Origin: an uncultured Gammaproteobacteria bacterium
GTDB taxonomy: Bacteria; Pseudomonadota; Gammaproteobacteria; UBA4575
Reading direction: 5' to 3'
Length of the DNA: 64,000 nt
NCBI GenBank assembly: GCA_943789445.1
Contig: CALSUC010000001.1
Span: 468,758-532,757 of the forward strand
Positions 9,003 to 17,770 of this stretch are shown here, piece after piece (position 1 is the stretch's first letter; each line of letters starts with the position of its first letter). The position numbers and the translations under genes are program-made. The notes under the pieces were generated by a model. It searched no databases. It was not told the DNA's origin and saw nothing but the letters and a program-made list of their open reading frames with translations.

Positions 9003-10962
9003 AGATCAGATTAAGCAAGCATCTTCACAGCAAAATACACGTTGGCTGATCTCTAGTATTAGCATCTCACTGTTATTGTTGTTTATTGGTTTATACATTT
9101 TTTCTTTAACGGTCTACACCATTCAGATCGAACCACTTGAAGCGGATGAGGTTTCTACGCAGTCGATTGAGACAGGGTTTGGGTTTAGCTATAAACAAAA
9201 AGTATTCGCCTTTTCAGACAAGACCAGTCTGCGTGTTAGTGCCACAGGCTTTAAAGATAAAGAGCTGGTCTTAAAGGACCATGTTAAGGATGGCATTGTT
9301 GCCTTTGATCTAGAGCCTAAGTTAGCGCTGGTTTCATTGCAGACTAAGCCAATGACTGTCGTTGATTGGTATCTTGATGGGCGTTTTGTTGAGCGTGCCT
9401 CAAGCCTGCAACAAGAACTTGATCCAGGTGAATATGTATTCAGTGCACAGTCTAATTACTATCAAGCTATCGACGATAGTATCAGTGTTAAAGCCGGGCT
9501 GGATGTTAATCGCATGTACCAGTTATCACCACTGACAGGTACATTGACGATCCATGCAGATGTACCATCAGCAAGACTTACAGTGGATGCTATGCCCTAT
9601 GAGCTAGGTGATGTGCTAAGTAAGCAGGCAGCCAAGTATGCGGTTGAGGTCAGTGCACCAGGTTATTACTCTATCCAAGAAGACATCTCTTTAGATAAGA
9701 AAGATCTCGCGATTCAGCGACATTACAAACTTCGACCTAAACCTATTGCATTGGCGCTGAACTTACAGCCTAAGGGTGGTGTGTTACTGGCTAATGGTCT
9801 TCAGATTAAACCTGCTGACACTATAAAATTACCGTATCAAAGACAACTTATCTTTGAATACACAAAGCCAGGCTATGTTAGTCAAGTGCTACAGCGTAAC
9901 TTTAAGCCGGGAGAACAATTCAGGCTAGTCTTGTCATTAATAGAACAAAAGGCTGCAGTCAGTATTAACGCAAATGTTGAGTCGGATATTTATATTCAAG
10001 GCCAGCGTATTGCGAGTACACCTGCAACACTGCAGTTGCTGACAAAGGAACAGACGATAGAACTGCGTAAAAAAGGTTATCGCAGTGTTAAGCAAACGGT
10101 CACACCGAATGTTAAACAGCTGACTAAGCTGCAAATGACACTGTATACCGAGGTGCAAGCACGGCTATTGGAGGCGAAGAGCGTCTATGTCAATTCGGTG
10201 GGCACTGAATTTCAACTGATCAAGCCACAGGGACAGCAATTCACTATGGGCGGTTCACGTGATGAGCCGGGGCAGAGGGCGAATGAATTCCAACGTAAGG
10301 TACGATTAGAGCGACCTTTTTATGTGGCTAGTACCGAACTGACGGAATATCAATTTTCAGCTCGTAATGCGAATTCTAATCAACCATTAGTGAACACTGC
10401 ATGGGAACAGGTTGCCGTATTTTGTAATCAATTAAGTCTGAAAGAAGGCTTGCAGCCGTTTTATCTATTTCGTGGTACTGAATACATTGGTTTTGAAGCT
10501 AAGGCGAATGGTTATAGGATGCTTACTGAAGCAGAGTGGGAGTTTATGGCGCGTATCTATAAGCGTGATAAGAAAACTACGTTTGCTTGGGGAGATCAGG
10601 ATCAAGTGCCGGCTGAGGCGGGTAACCTTGCTGATGTCGAAAGTCAGTTAACACGCTATATTCCACGTTATAAAGACGGAGTTAGTGGCCTAGCTAATAT
10701 TAGAAGTTATGCAATGGAATTATCAGGTTTGTTTGATCAGATCGGTAACGCTAGTGAATGGGTGCATGATATTTATGACCTAACGCCACCTGATCAACGA
10801 GTAGTGTATGTTGATCCTCTAGGCCTGCCCAGAGGTAATAACCATGTGATTAAAGGCTCAAGTTATTTGTCTGCCTCTAAAACTGAAGTCAGGGCAGCCT
10901 TTCGAGATGGCTCTGCTAGTCCAAGGCCTGAGTTAGGTTTCCGTTTAGCTCGATATTTATAA
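8989..10962 (+). CDS. membrane-anchored PEGA-repeat protein with a C-terminal FGE-sulfatase (SUMF1-like) domain (gene 4)
   Basis: N-terminal TM; PEGA-like repeats (ELDPGEYVF, TPATLQL...IELRKKGYR); FGE motifs FTMGG, YRMLTEAEWEF.AR, GLFDQIGNASEWV, VIKGSSY, LGFRLAR. Confidence 0.88.
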   Translation: MSEFEDQIKQASSQQNTRWLISSISISLLLLFIGLYIFSLTVYTIQIEPLEADEVSTQSIETGFGFSYKQKVFAFSDKTSLRVSATGFKDKELVLKDHVKDGIVAFDLEPKLALVSLQTKPMTVVDWYLDGRFVERASSLQQELDPGEYVFSAQSNYYQAIDDSISVKAGLDVNRMYQLSPLTGTLTIHADVPSARLTVDAMPYELGDVLSKQAAKYAVEVSAPGYYSIQEDISLDKKDLAIQRHYKLRPKPIALALNLQPKGGVLLANGLQIKPADTIKLPYQRQLIFEYTKPGYVSQVLQRNFKPGEQFRLVLSLIEQKAAVSINANVESDIYIQGQRIASTPATLQLLTKEQTIELRKKGYRSVKQTVTPNVKQLTKLQMTLYTEVQARLLEAKSVYVNSVGTEFQLIKPQGQQFTMGGSRDEPGQRANEFQRKVRLERPFYVASTELTEYQFSARNANSNQPLVNTAWEQVAVFCNQLSLKEGLQPFYLFRGTEYIGFEAKANGYRMLTEAEWEFMARIYKRDKKTTFAWGDQDQVPAEAGNLADVESQLTRYIPRYKDGVSGLANIRSYAMELSGLFDQIGNASEWVHDIYDLTPPDQRVVYVDPLGLPRGNNHVIKGSSYLSASKTEVRAAFRDGSASPRPELGFRLARYL

Positions 10963-10987
10963 AATATCCGAAAAAGGATGCAGTGTT

Positions 10988-11110
10988 ATGAATAAAAAAT
11001 TATTAGTAGGGTTTCTTTGTTTGTTGGTGCTTTGCCTCGCAGTTGTTGGCATTGCCTATGCGGCCAAATTAAGTGTCGGCGTTCCTGTTAGCTTTCCGGT
11101 GGATATTTAA
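10988..11110 (+). CDS. 40-aa small ORF: signal peptide plus a short mature peptide (gene 5; absent from the ORF track)
   Basis: MNKKLLVGFLCLLVLCLAVVGIAYAAKLSVGVPVSFPVDI; AAGGA RBS at 10974-10978; its TAA overlaps the ATG of the next gene (TAATG). Confidence 0.8.
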   Translation: MNKKLLVGFLCLLVLCLAVVGIAYAAKLSVGVPVSFPVDI

Positions 11111-11877
11111 TGACTAAATCAATTCAAGGCATTATCGCTTTAACCCTATCTGCAATCTTAGTCCATGGCTTTTATGTGATTTTAGTGGAGCCTAATGTTG
11201 CATTAGCACAGGCCTTAATCATGCAGGGTGATGGTGAGCAGCAGCGCTCGATTTGGATTATCTTAAAAGACTTTGAACAAGAGGCATGTCTGATCTTAAT
11301 GTTTTGGGCGATCTATCTGATGGCTGAGAAATTTATTCATATCACGAAGACTAATTATTTGTTTGAAGTCGACTTCTTTAAGGACTGTGATATGAGCAGT
11401 GCGGCTATCAGCACGGTAGTCGATGACCTGGAAAATTTAAAAGGTGGCATTGCTAACACACCCTTAATTCGTACGCTTAAAGTGTCACTACGTCGATTTT
11501 TATTATCACAAGATATTCACGCAACGGCAGAGGTTATCGAGGCAGAGTGCGTTGCCTTGGGAAACAAAAACGAAGCCGAAAATTCGATGATCCGTTATCT
11601 GATATGGGCGATCCCATCGATAGGTTTCATCGGTACAGTGCGTGGTATTGGTCAGGCCTTAGCGCAGGCCGATAAGGCATTGGCTGGTGATATATCTGGT
11701 ATGACTAATAGCCTAGGTGTCGCTTTTAATTCAACCTTGGTTGCATTATTTGTCAGCATGATTCTGATGTTTCTATTGTATCAACTGCAGCGTGCGCAAG
11801 ACTCTTTGACTGTCTCGGTGAATGATTATTGTCAGAATAAGGTGTTAGACCCGCTAAGCCGAAGCCGCCTTAACTAG
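11110..11877 (+). CDS. MotA/TolQ/ExbB proton channel family protein (gene 6)
   Basis: WAIPSIGFIGTVRGI and LGVAFNSTLVAL match the ExbB/TolQ TM motifs with both conserved Thr; four hydrophobic segments. Confidence 0.92.
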   Translation: MTKSIQGIIALTLSAILVHGFYVILVEPNVALAQALIMQGDGEQQRSIWIILKDFEQEACLILMFWAIYLMAEKFIHITKTNYLFEVDFFKDCDMSSAAISTVVDDLENLKGGIANTPLIRTLKVSLRRFLLSQDIHATAEVIEAECVALGNKNEAENSMIRYLIWAIPSIGFIGTVRGIGQALAQADKALAGDISGMTNSLGVAFNSTLVALFVSMILMFLLYQLQRAQDSLTVSVNDYCQNKVLDPLSRSRLN

Positions 11878-11886
11878 ATAGATAAG

Positions 11887-12948
11887 ATGCGTCGTAACCC
11901 CACCTCTAACTTAGCGTTCATCGATATCATGAGCTGTGGTCTAGGTGCGGTTATTCTGATCTTGGTATTGCTGAAAAATCAGCAGACGACACCAGATGAG
12001 TTGGTTGAACTAGATCATGCTGCCTTAGATCAGCAGATAGCAGCCCTGCTAAGTCAGCGACAAGCGACTATGGCGAAGACTGAGGCCAAGCAATCTGCAT
12101 TGTCAAAACTGGATCAAGAGATTAATGATTTACGTGCTAGACAGTCAGTCATTACTTCTATTAAGACCACTACACTGAGTACGATTGAGCGTTTGAAATT
12201 AAAAATTCAGTCCAGCCAGCAAGGCCTCAGCACACTAATGTCAGAAGAAAAGATCAATCCGATCGAAACACAAACCATACGACAGGAAGATTATCTGGTT
12301 GGCCTGAATATAGAAGGCCAACGCATTGCTATATTGATCGATAGCAGCGCGTCTATGACCGCACGCGAGCTCATTACCATTACGAATTACAAGGTTCAGT
12401 CAGAGGCTAAACGTAGATCAGCGGCTAAATGGCAAAGGACCTTACGTATAGTCCAATGGCTGATGGCGAGAGCCCCAGAAGATTCAGAATTACTGCTGAT
12501 GTCGTTTTCTGATGAGGCAATCATACAAAGTCAGCCTAAGTGGATTTCAGTTAAGGATGAGAAGGCACTGGCAGTAACTCAAACAGCAGTACAGTCGCTC
12601 ACGCCTTATGGTGCAACGAATTTAGAGAAGGCGATTGCCAAAGTGCTGAGGCAGCGTCCAGATGCAATCTACCTGATAACAGATGGTTTGCCGACCCAAG
12701 GTTTGAGTGAGGCATCAATCTTATCCTCTGGTGGCTGTGGCGGTATAACGGCATCGAAGAAGACAGTATCCGGCGAGTGTCGTGTCACGCTATTGCGGCA
12801 GGCAGCTAGCCTGACGAATTCATTTCGTGGCAAGCTTTCAATCATCTTATTGCCTTTAGAGGGTGATCCTCAGGCCGCTCCAGAGTTGTCTAAGTGGGTG
12901 TTAAATACAGGTGGTACCTTAATCAGTCCAGCGGCCACCTGGCCATGA
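11887..12948 (+). CDS. ExbD/TolR-like TM anchor, coiled coil and vWA domain (gene 7)
   Basis: N-terminal NLAFIDIMSCGLGAVILILV with Asp in the TM; MIDAS LIDSSASM...TPYGATN...LITDGLPT. Confidence 0.85.
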   Translation: MRRNPTSNLAFIDIMSCGLGAVILILVLLKNQQTTPDELVELDHAALDQQIAALLSQRQATMAKTEAKQSALSKLDQEINDLRARQSVITSIKTTTLSTIERLKLKIQSSQQGLSTLMSEEKINPIETQTIRQEDYLVGLNIEGQRIAILIDSSASMTARELITITNYKVQSEAKRRSAAKWQRTLRIVQWLMARAPEDSELLLMSFSDEAIIQSQPKWISVKDEKALAVTQTAVQSLTPYGATNLEKAIAKVLRQRPDAIYLITDGLPTQGLSEASILSSGGCGGITASKKTVSGECRVTLLRQAASLTNSFRGKLSIILLPLEGDPQAAPELSKWVLNTGGTLISPAATWP

Positions 12949-13868
12949 TGCGAAGAGAAGCGCCAGATGCATTTGGTACTGCCTTCTTGGATATCATTTC
13001 CTGTGGCTTTGGTGCAATTGTACTTTTGATCCTGATCTTTAAATTTGAGCCTGATGTCAGTGGTCTTGCTTCAGTTAAAAACGATGATGCAAATGCTAAG
13101 ATTAAACAGCTCTATGGTCTTGTCGATGAGCTGAAAGCAGAACCAGCGATCGATAGTGAGCAGTCTGCTAAGGCCAAAGCAGCAATGTTAAAGACAGCAC
13201 AGGCTAAGCTTGAACGCGCAATGGCCGAGACTGCCAAACTGCAACAGACTTCAAGTGAGCTTAAGAAGCAACTTGGTGCGTTACAAAAACAGATTAAGAA
13301 GCAACAGATCGCAGGTACTTCAGAGGGTGATCAATCACGTCAGGATGATGAGGTCGGTGGTATTCCAGTCGATCGTGATTATGTCATCTTCATTGTCGAT
13401 ACCTCAGGCAGTATGAAAGAGATCTGGCATAAGGTGATGCGTGAAATAGATAATATATTGACCGTTCATCCTCAGTTAAAAGGCTTTCAAGTGATCAATG
13501 ATAATGGCAACTATCTAGTCAGTGGCTATGCTGGTAAGTGGATGAAAGATACACCCAGTATGAGAAAACGTGCGATGAAGCTATTTAGCTCTTGGGCGAG
13601 CATCTCAAATAGTAGCCCAGTTGAAGGGATTGAAACCGCCTTAACGCGCTATTCAAAATATACCAAGGATCTTTCGATTTACGTTATTGGTGATGACTTT
13701 ACCGGCACTAATTTTGATCAGGTTATCTTACGTACGCGGCAATTGAATAAAGGCCGTGCGCGTATCCATGCACTCAATTTCATCTCACCCAATGCATCTA
13801 CTGATCGCTTTAGTACCTTGATGCGAGAGATCTGCCGTGAAAACCAAGGGACCTTCCTGACTTTTTAA
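12945..13868 (+). CDS. second ExbD/TolR-like TM anchor, coiled coil and vWA domain (gene 8)
   Basis: TAFLDIISCGFGAIVLLILI; MIDAS IVDTSGSM...IGDD; ATGA overlap with the previous stop. Confidence 0.85.
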   Translation: MMRREAPDAFGTAFLDIISCGFGAIVLLILIFKFEPDVSGLASVKNDDANAKIKQLYGLVDELKAEPAIDSEQSAKAKAAMLKTAQAKLERAMAETAKLQQTSSELKKQLGALQKQIKKQQIAGTSEGDQSRQDDEVGGIPVDRDYVIFIVDTSGSMKEIWHKVMREIDNILTVHPQLKGFQVINDNGNYLVSGYAGKWMKDTPSMRKRAMKLFSSWASISNSSPVEGIETALTRYSKYTKDLSIYVIGDDFTGTNFDQVILRTRQLNKGRARIHALNFISPNASTDRFSTLMREICRENQGTFLTF

Positions 13869-13897
13869 TCTTAAGGTAAACCCCTAGGCTAGAGTGG

Positions 13898-14356
13898 TTA
13901 CCGCTTGGTTAGGAAGTGCTTACTCAGGTACCTATCCAATTCATTGGCAAAGGCTTTGCGGTCGGTTTGCCCATAAGGGGCTTGTCCGCCTGACTGGATG
14001 CCACTGCCACGTAAGGTATCCATGAAGTCACGCATGCTGAGTATCGATTTGATGGTGTTCGCTGTGTACATCTCGCCACGTGGATTCAATGCAGCCGCAC
14101 TTTTTTCGATGACTTCGGCGGCTAAGGGGATATCACTGGTAATCACTAGGTCGCCAGCGGTCACTTGCCTCACAATTTCGTCATCTGCTACATCAAAGCC
14201 ACCGGGGACCTGTAGCATTTTGATATTGCTTAGCCGTGGTTTATTAATCGCTTGATTAGCGACTAAGATAACTTCAACCCCAGTGCGTTCTGCTGCACGG
14301 AATAGAATGTCTTTCGCAGGTACTGGGCATGCATCTGCGTCTACCCAAATCTTCAT
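13898..14356 (-). CDS. yaiI: YaiI/YqxD family protein
   Basis: [43 protein letters not shown]. Confidence 0.93.
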   Translation of the reverse strand: MKIWVDADACPVPAKDILFRAAERTGVEVILVANQAINKPRLSNIKMLQVPGGFDVADDEIVRQVTAGDLVITSDIPLAAEVIEKSAAALNPRGEMYTANTIKSILSMRDFMDTLRGSGIQSGGQAPYGQTDRKAFANELDRYLSKHFLTKR

Positions 14357-14374
14357 CAGCAAGGGCTGGGTAAG

Positions 14375-15967
14375 TTATTGGTCGTCAACAGTAAGTAGGT
14401 ATTCATCATAACTGCCATGGAAATTGATCATCTTCTTATCTTTGATCTCGACGATGTGAGTGGCCAATGAAGACACGAATTCACGGTCATGGCTGACAAA
14501 GATTAACGTTCCTTCATAGTTTGCTAAGGCAAGATTGAGTGCCTCGATCGACTCCATATCTAAATGATTGGTCGGCTCATCCATGATCAGGACATTGGTT
14601 TCTAGCATCATCAGTTTGCCGAATAATAGGCGATTCTTTTCACCACCTGAGCAGACTGACGCCTTCTTATTGAAATCATCAGTGGAAAACAATAAGCGAC
14701 CGAGAGTTGCACGCACGATCTCTTCATTATGATGCGGTTTGCGCCATTGACTCATCCAGTCAAACAAATTCATAGCATGGTCAAAATCGTTATTACTATC
14801 CTGAGGGCAATAACCTAAGGTCGCATTTTCTGACCACTTGATGGTGCCAGCATTAGCCTTTAATTCATCTATTAAGCATCGTAGAAAAGTACTTTTCCCA
14901 GTGCCATTTTCGCCAATAACAGCCATACGACTGCCGGCTTCAATGATAAATCCGCCATCGCTGAATAAAGGCTCATCGTCATAACCATGACTCAAGTCTT
15001 CTACTATTAGGGCTTGGCGTTGTATCTTTTTGCTTTGTGTAAAGCGAATAAACGGATTGACACGGCTTGATGGCTTGATGTCTTCGAGTTTTATCTTCTC
15101 GATCTGTTTGGCGCGTGAGGTAGCCTGCTTTGCCTTTGATGCATTCGCTGAAAAACGGCTGACGAATTGCTGTAGATCAGCAATCTGGGCTTTTTTCTTC
15201 GCATTCTCATTCTGAGAATGTTCACGTACCGCAGTCGAGGCAATCATGAAATCATCATAATTACCTGGATAAACGCGTAATTCACCAAAATCCATATCCG
15301 CAATATGGGTGCAGATAGAGTTTAGGAAGTGCCTGTCATGCGAGATGATGATAATGGTGCTTTTGCGTTCGACAATAACGTTCTCTAGCCAGCGGATGGT
15401 GTGGATATCTAGGTTATTGGTCGGCTCATCAAGTAAGAGGATATCTGGATCAGCAAACAAAGCTTGCGCTAATAGTACGCGTAACTTCCAGCCAGGTGCG
15501 ACTTCACTCATCGGACCGCTATGGAATGATTCGGCGATGCCGGCACTCATCAGTAGTTCGCCAGCACGACTTTCTGCACTATAGCCATCTAGTTCAGCAA
15601 ATTCGACCTCAAGATCAGCAACCTTCATGCCATCTTCATCACTCATCTCGGGCAATGAATAAATGCGATCTCGCTCTTTTTTGACTTCCCATAAGTGGCT
15701 ATGGCCCATGATCACCGTGTCGACCACATTATATTCTTCAAAGGCAAATTGGTCTTGATGCAATTTACCAACACGCTCGTTTGGTGTGATTGATACATTG
15801 CCTGCACTGGGTGCAAGTGTGCCATCAAGAATCTTCATGAAGGTGGATTTACCACAACCATTGGCACCGATCAGGCCATAACGGTTACCTTCTCCAAACT
15901 TTACTGAGATGTCCTCAAATAAAGGTTTGGCGCCAAATTGCATAGTGATGTTTGCAGTAGAGATCAA
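14375..15967 (-). CDS. ybiT: ABC-F family ATPase (YbiT-like)
   Basis: [12 protein letters not shown] start; two ABC domains ([18 protein letters not shown]); [11 protein letters not shown]; no TM segments. Confidence 0.93.
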   Translation of the reverse strand: MISTANITMQFGAKPLFEDISVKFGEGNRYGLIGANGCGKSTFMKILDGTLAPSAGNVSITPNERVGKLHQDQFAFEEYNVVDTVIMGHSHLWEVKKERDRIYSLPEMSDEDGMKVADLEVEFAELDGYSAESRAGELLMSAGIAESFHSGPMSEVAPGWKLRVLLAQALFADPDILLLDEPTNNLDIHTIRWLENVIVERKSTIIIISHDRHFLNSICTHIADMDFGELRVYPGNYDDFMIASTAVREHSQNENAKKKAQIADLQQFVSRFSANASKAKQATSRAKQIEKIKLEDIKPSSRVNPFIRFTQSKKIQRQALIVEDLSHGYDDEPLFSDGGFIIEAGSRMAVIGENGTGKSTFLRCLIDELKANAGTIKWSENATLGYCPQDSNNDFDHAMNLFDWMSQWRKPHHNEEIVRATLGRLLFSTDDFNKKASVCSGGEKNRLLFGKLMMLETNVLIMDEPTNHLDMESIEALNLALANYEGTLIFVSHDREFVSSLATHIVEIKDKKMINFHGSYDEYLLTVDDQ

Positions 15968-16213
15968 AACAGAGGCCTTAAAATATAATAGGGATACGAG
16001 GTATCATTTTTTGGATAATCGACGAATTTAGCTGCTTGAATAACGAGGAGCTTTCGCCGAGCAAGATGATAGCAAAATAAAGGCATGCAGAGGCATTTAA
16101 TCTCCGCGATTAGCTTAGTTGAAAAGCTGAGAATATGGTTTGGATGGGTGCTGGATTTAGCGTTAAGGCGTTGTTAGAGGAGGGGCTGTGCCCTTGAATA
16201 GAGCTTCAGCTAT

Positions 16214-16254
16214 AAAAAAGATAATAAGTGAGGGCGGTACGCCCTCACTTATTA
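16214..16254 (-). terminator. intrinsic terminator of the GST/monooxygenase operon
   Basis: Perfect 15-bp stem TAATAAGTGAGGGCG-GTA-CGCCCTCACTTATTA, followed on the minus strand by CTTTTTT. Confidence 0.85.
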
Positions 16255-16289
16255 AGGAGTAAATACTCGAACTTTAAATATTTAAAGCT

Positions 16290-16493
16290 TTAGGCATTCC
16301 ATTGATAGGCTTCTTCACCTGCGATGGCAAAAAATAGCCAAACATCAACCAATAAGGTGATCAAGAAGGCGACAGAGCTACCTAGCGCCCAGAGGATTTC
16401 TTGATGATGGCTACCAATGTCGAGTAGATAAAGACCGTAGCCTACCGCCCCAGTAAATAGCGCAATGACTAGTAAGGCTAGTTTTGTTTTCAT
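16290..16493 (-). CDS. 67-aa two-helix membrane protein, last gene of the operon
   Basis: Two hydrophobic segments; GAGAGAA RBS; lies between the monooxygenase gene and the terminator. Confidence 0.75.
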   Translation of the reverse strand: MKTKLALLVIALFTGAVGYGLYLLDIGSHHQEILWALGSSVAFLITLLVDVWLFFAIAGEEAYQWNA

Positions 16494-16550
16494 AGTGTTC
16501 TCTCAATTTTTCTCATTAGATTAAGATGAGTTGTAATTATTATGGTTTTT

Positions 16551-17735
16551 TTAGTCTGGTTTCTGGCATAGAGCCATGTCATGCCAGCCAGCTTTATAGT
16601 TCATCTTGGCAGCAATCTTTTGCTCACCCTCACTGGCTCGGTTTTCATCCCAGTCTGCGAGGTGCGGTTTAATGAAAGCTTCCCATACTGGAGGCACTAA
16701 AATCATCGCAAACATGGCGTAATAACCATAATGCGTATCTGGTGCATCACAGTCTTCAAGCTCCCAGAAATGAGTTTCACCACGGTCATGATGGTCTGCT
16801 TGACGTCCAATCTCAATGAAACCCCATTGTGTGAAAGGTGATTCAGCAACATCCCAAGAGTGGTGATAATCGATAGGTTGGCCTTTCTCGCGAATTAAGC
16901 CGTAATGCTCAAGATAATTGAGTACTTCTAATTCAAATGCTGAGATGACCCAGCTGACAACCATGACACCAAGACCTAACCAGCCGCCGGCTAACCAGAA
17001 GAAGAAAATGGAAGGTAGGCTCATAGCGTAGCCTCTGATCCAACGGTTTTGCCAAGAAATAAAAGGGATACCTAATTTCTGTAGGCGTTGCTTTTCCATA
17101 AGGAACAGGAATCGAGACTGACCGAAATGCGATAAGAGATAGTGTTTGTAGATGCTTCTGCCACGAGGCGATGTTGCAGGGTCGTCTTCACAACCAAGCT
17201 CGAGGTGATGGTTGTATACATGTGCATAGCAGAAATGCGCAATGCCGCTTAAAGCCATCATCCAGCGTGCTAGGACGAAGGTTGGGCCCTTGGTATGCGC
17301 AAGTTCATGTCCGAACATAATGCCCAAGCCTAGGTAGATCGCAGCAGAGACAGTGGCCGCACAAAGTTGTAAGCCGGTGACCCCATGCTGAATCTCAAAC
17401 CAACCATAAGTACTGACGCTAAACGGTACACCGTTGGCATATTCATATACGCGCCAGATTAAGGCCCCTTGGAGGCAGACAAAGACTGGGTATTGTACCC
17501 ACATCATGGCCTTTAATAAGCCTGGGATACCGTAGGTCTCACCGTCATCATCACGACCAGGAGGAGCGCAATGAATACCCTTCATGGCACTAGATGCTGC
17601 GTCTAAAATGATAGAAGCAATAAATAATCCGATGCCTGTCCAAACCCAGTTACCGCCAGCAACAATACCTAACAGTGCCAAGAAAATTAGAGCAGGGGTA
17701 AGAAAATAACGTAGATTAACGAGTAATTTATGCAT
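16551..17735 (-). CDS. membrane di-iron monooxygenase/desaturase of the XylM/AlkB family
   Basis: His boxes HELAH, AHVYNHH, NYLEHYGL, RQADHH; XylM-like ends (LRYFL.P ... KPHLADWD...KAGW). Confidence 0.88.
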   Translation of the reverse strand: MHKLLVNLRYFLTPALIFLALLGIVAGGNWVWTGIGLFIASIILDAASSAMKGIHCAPPGRDDDGETYGIPGLLKAMMWVQYPVFVCLQGALIWRVYEYANGVPFSVSTYGWFEIQHGVTGLQLCAATVSAAIYLGLGIMFGHELAHTKGPTFVLARWMMALSGIAHFCYAHVYNHHLELGCEDDPATSPRGRSIYKHYLLSHFGQSRFLFLMEKQRLQKLGIPFISWQNRWIRGYAMSLPSIFFFWLAGGWLGLGVMVVSWVISAFELEVLNYLEHYGLIREKGQPIDYHHSWDVAESPFTQWGFIEIGRQADHHDRGETHFWELEDCDAPDTHYGYYAMFAMILVPPVWEAFIKPHLADWDENRASEGEQKIAAKMNYKAGWHDMALCQKPD

Positions 17736-17770
17736 AAGTTGTCCCTCAATTTTTAATAATAGATAGCTTT

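Noticed and set aside
10800-10962. FGE/CLec-fold C-terminus as a diversity-generating retroelement target
   Set aside because: No reverse transcriptase, and I saw no second near-identical copy (template repeat) of this 3' end in the window
11110-13868. Zorya-type anti-phage system
   Set aside because: The B-like subunits carry vWA rather than OmpA-like domains, the A subunit has no long cytoplasmic tail, and no nuclease or helicase effector is encoded; kept only as a weak alternative
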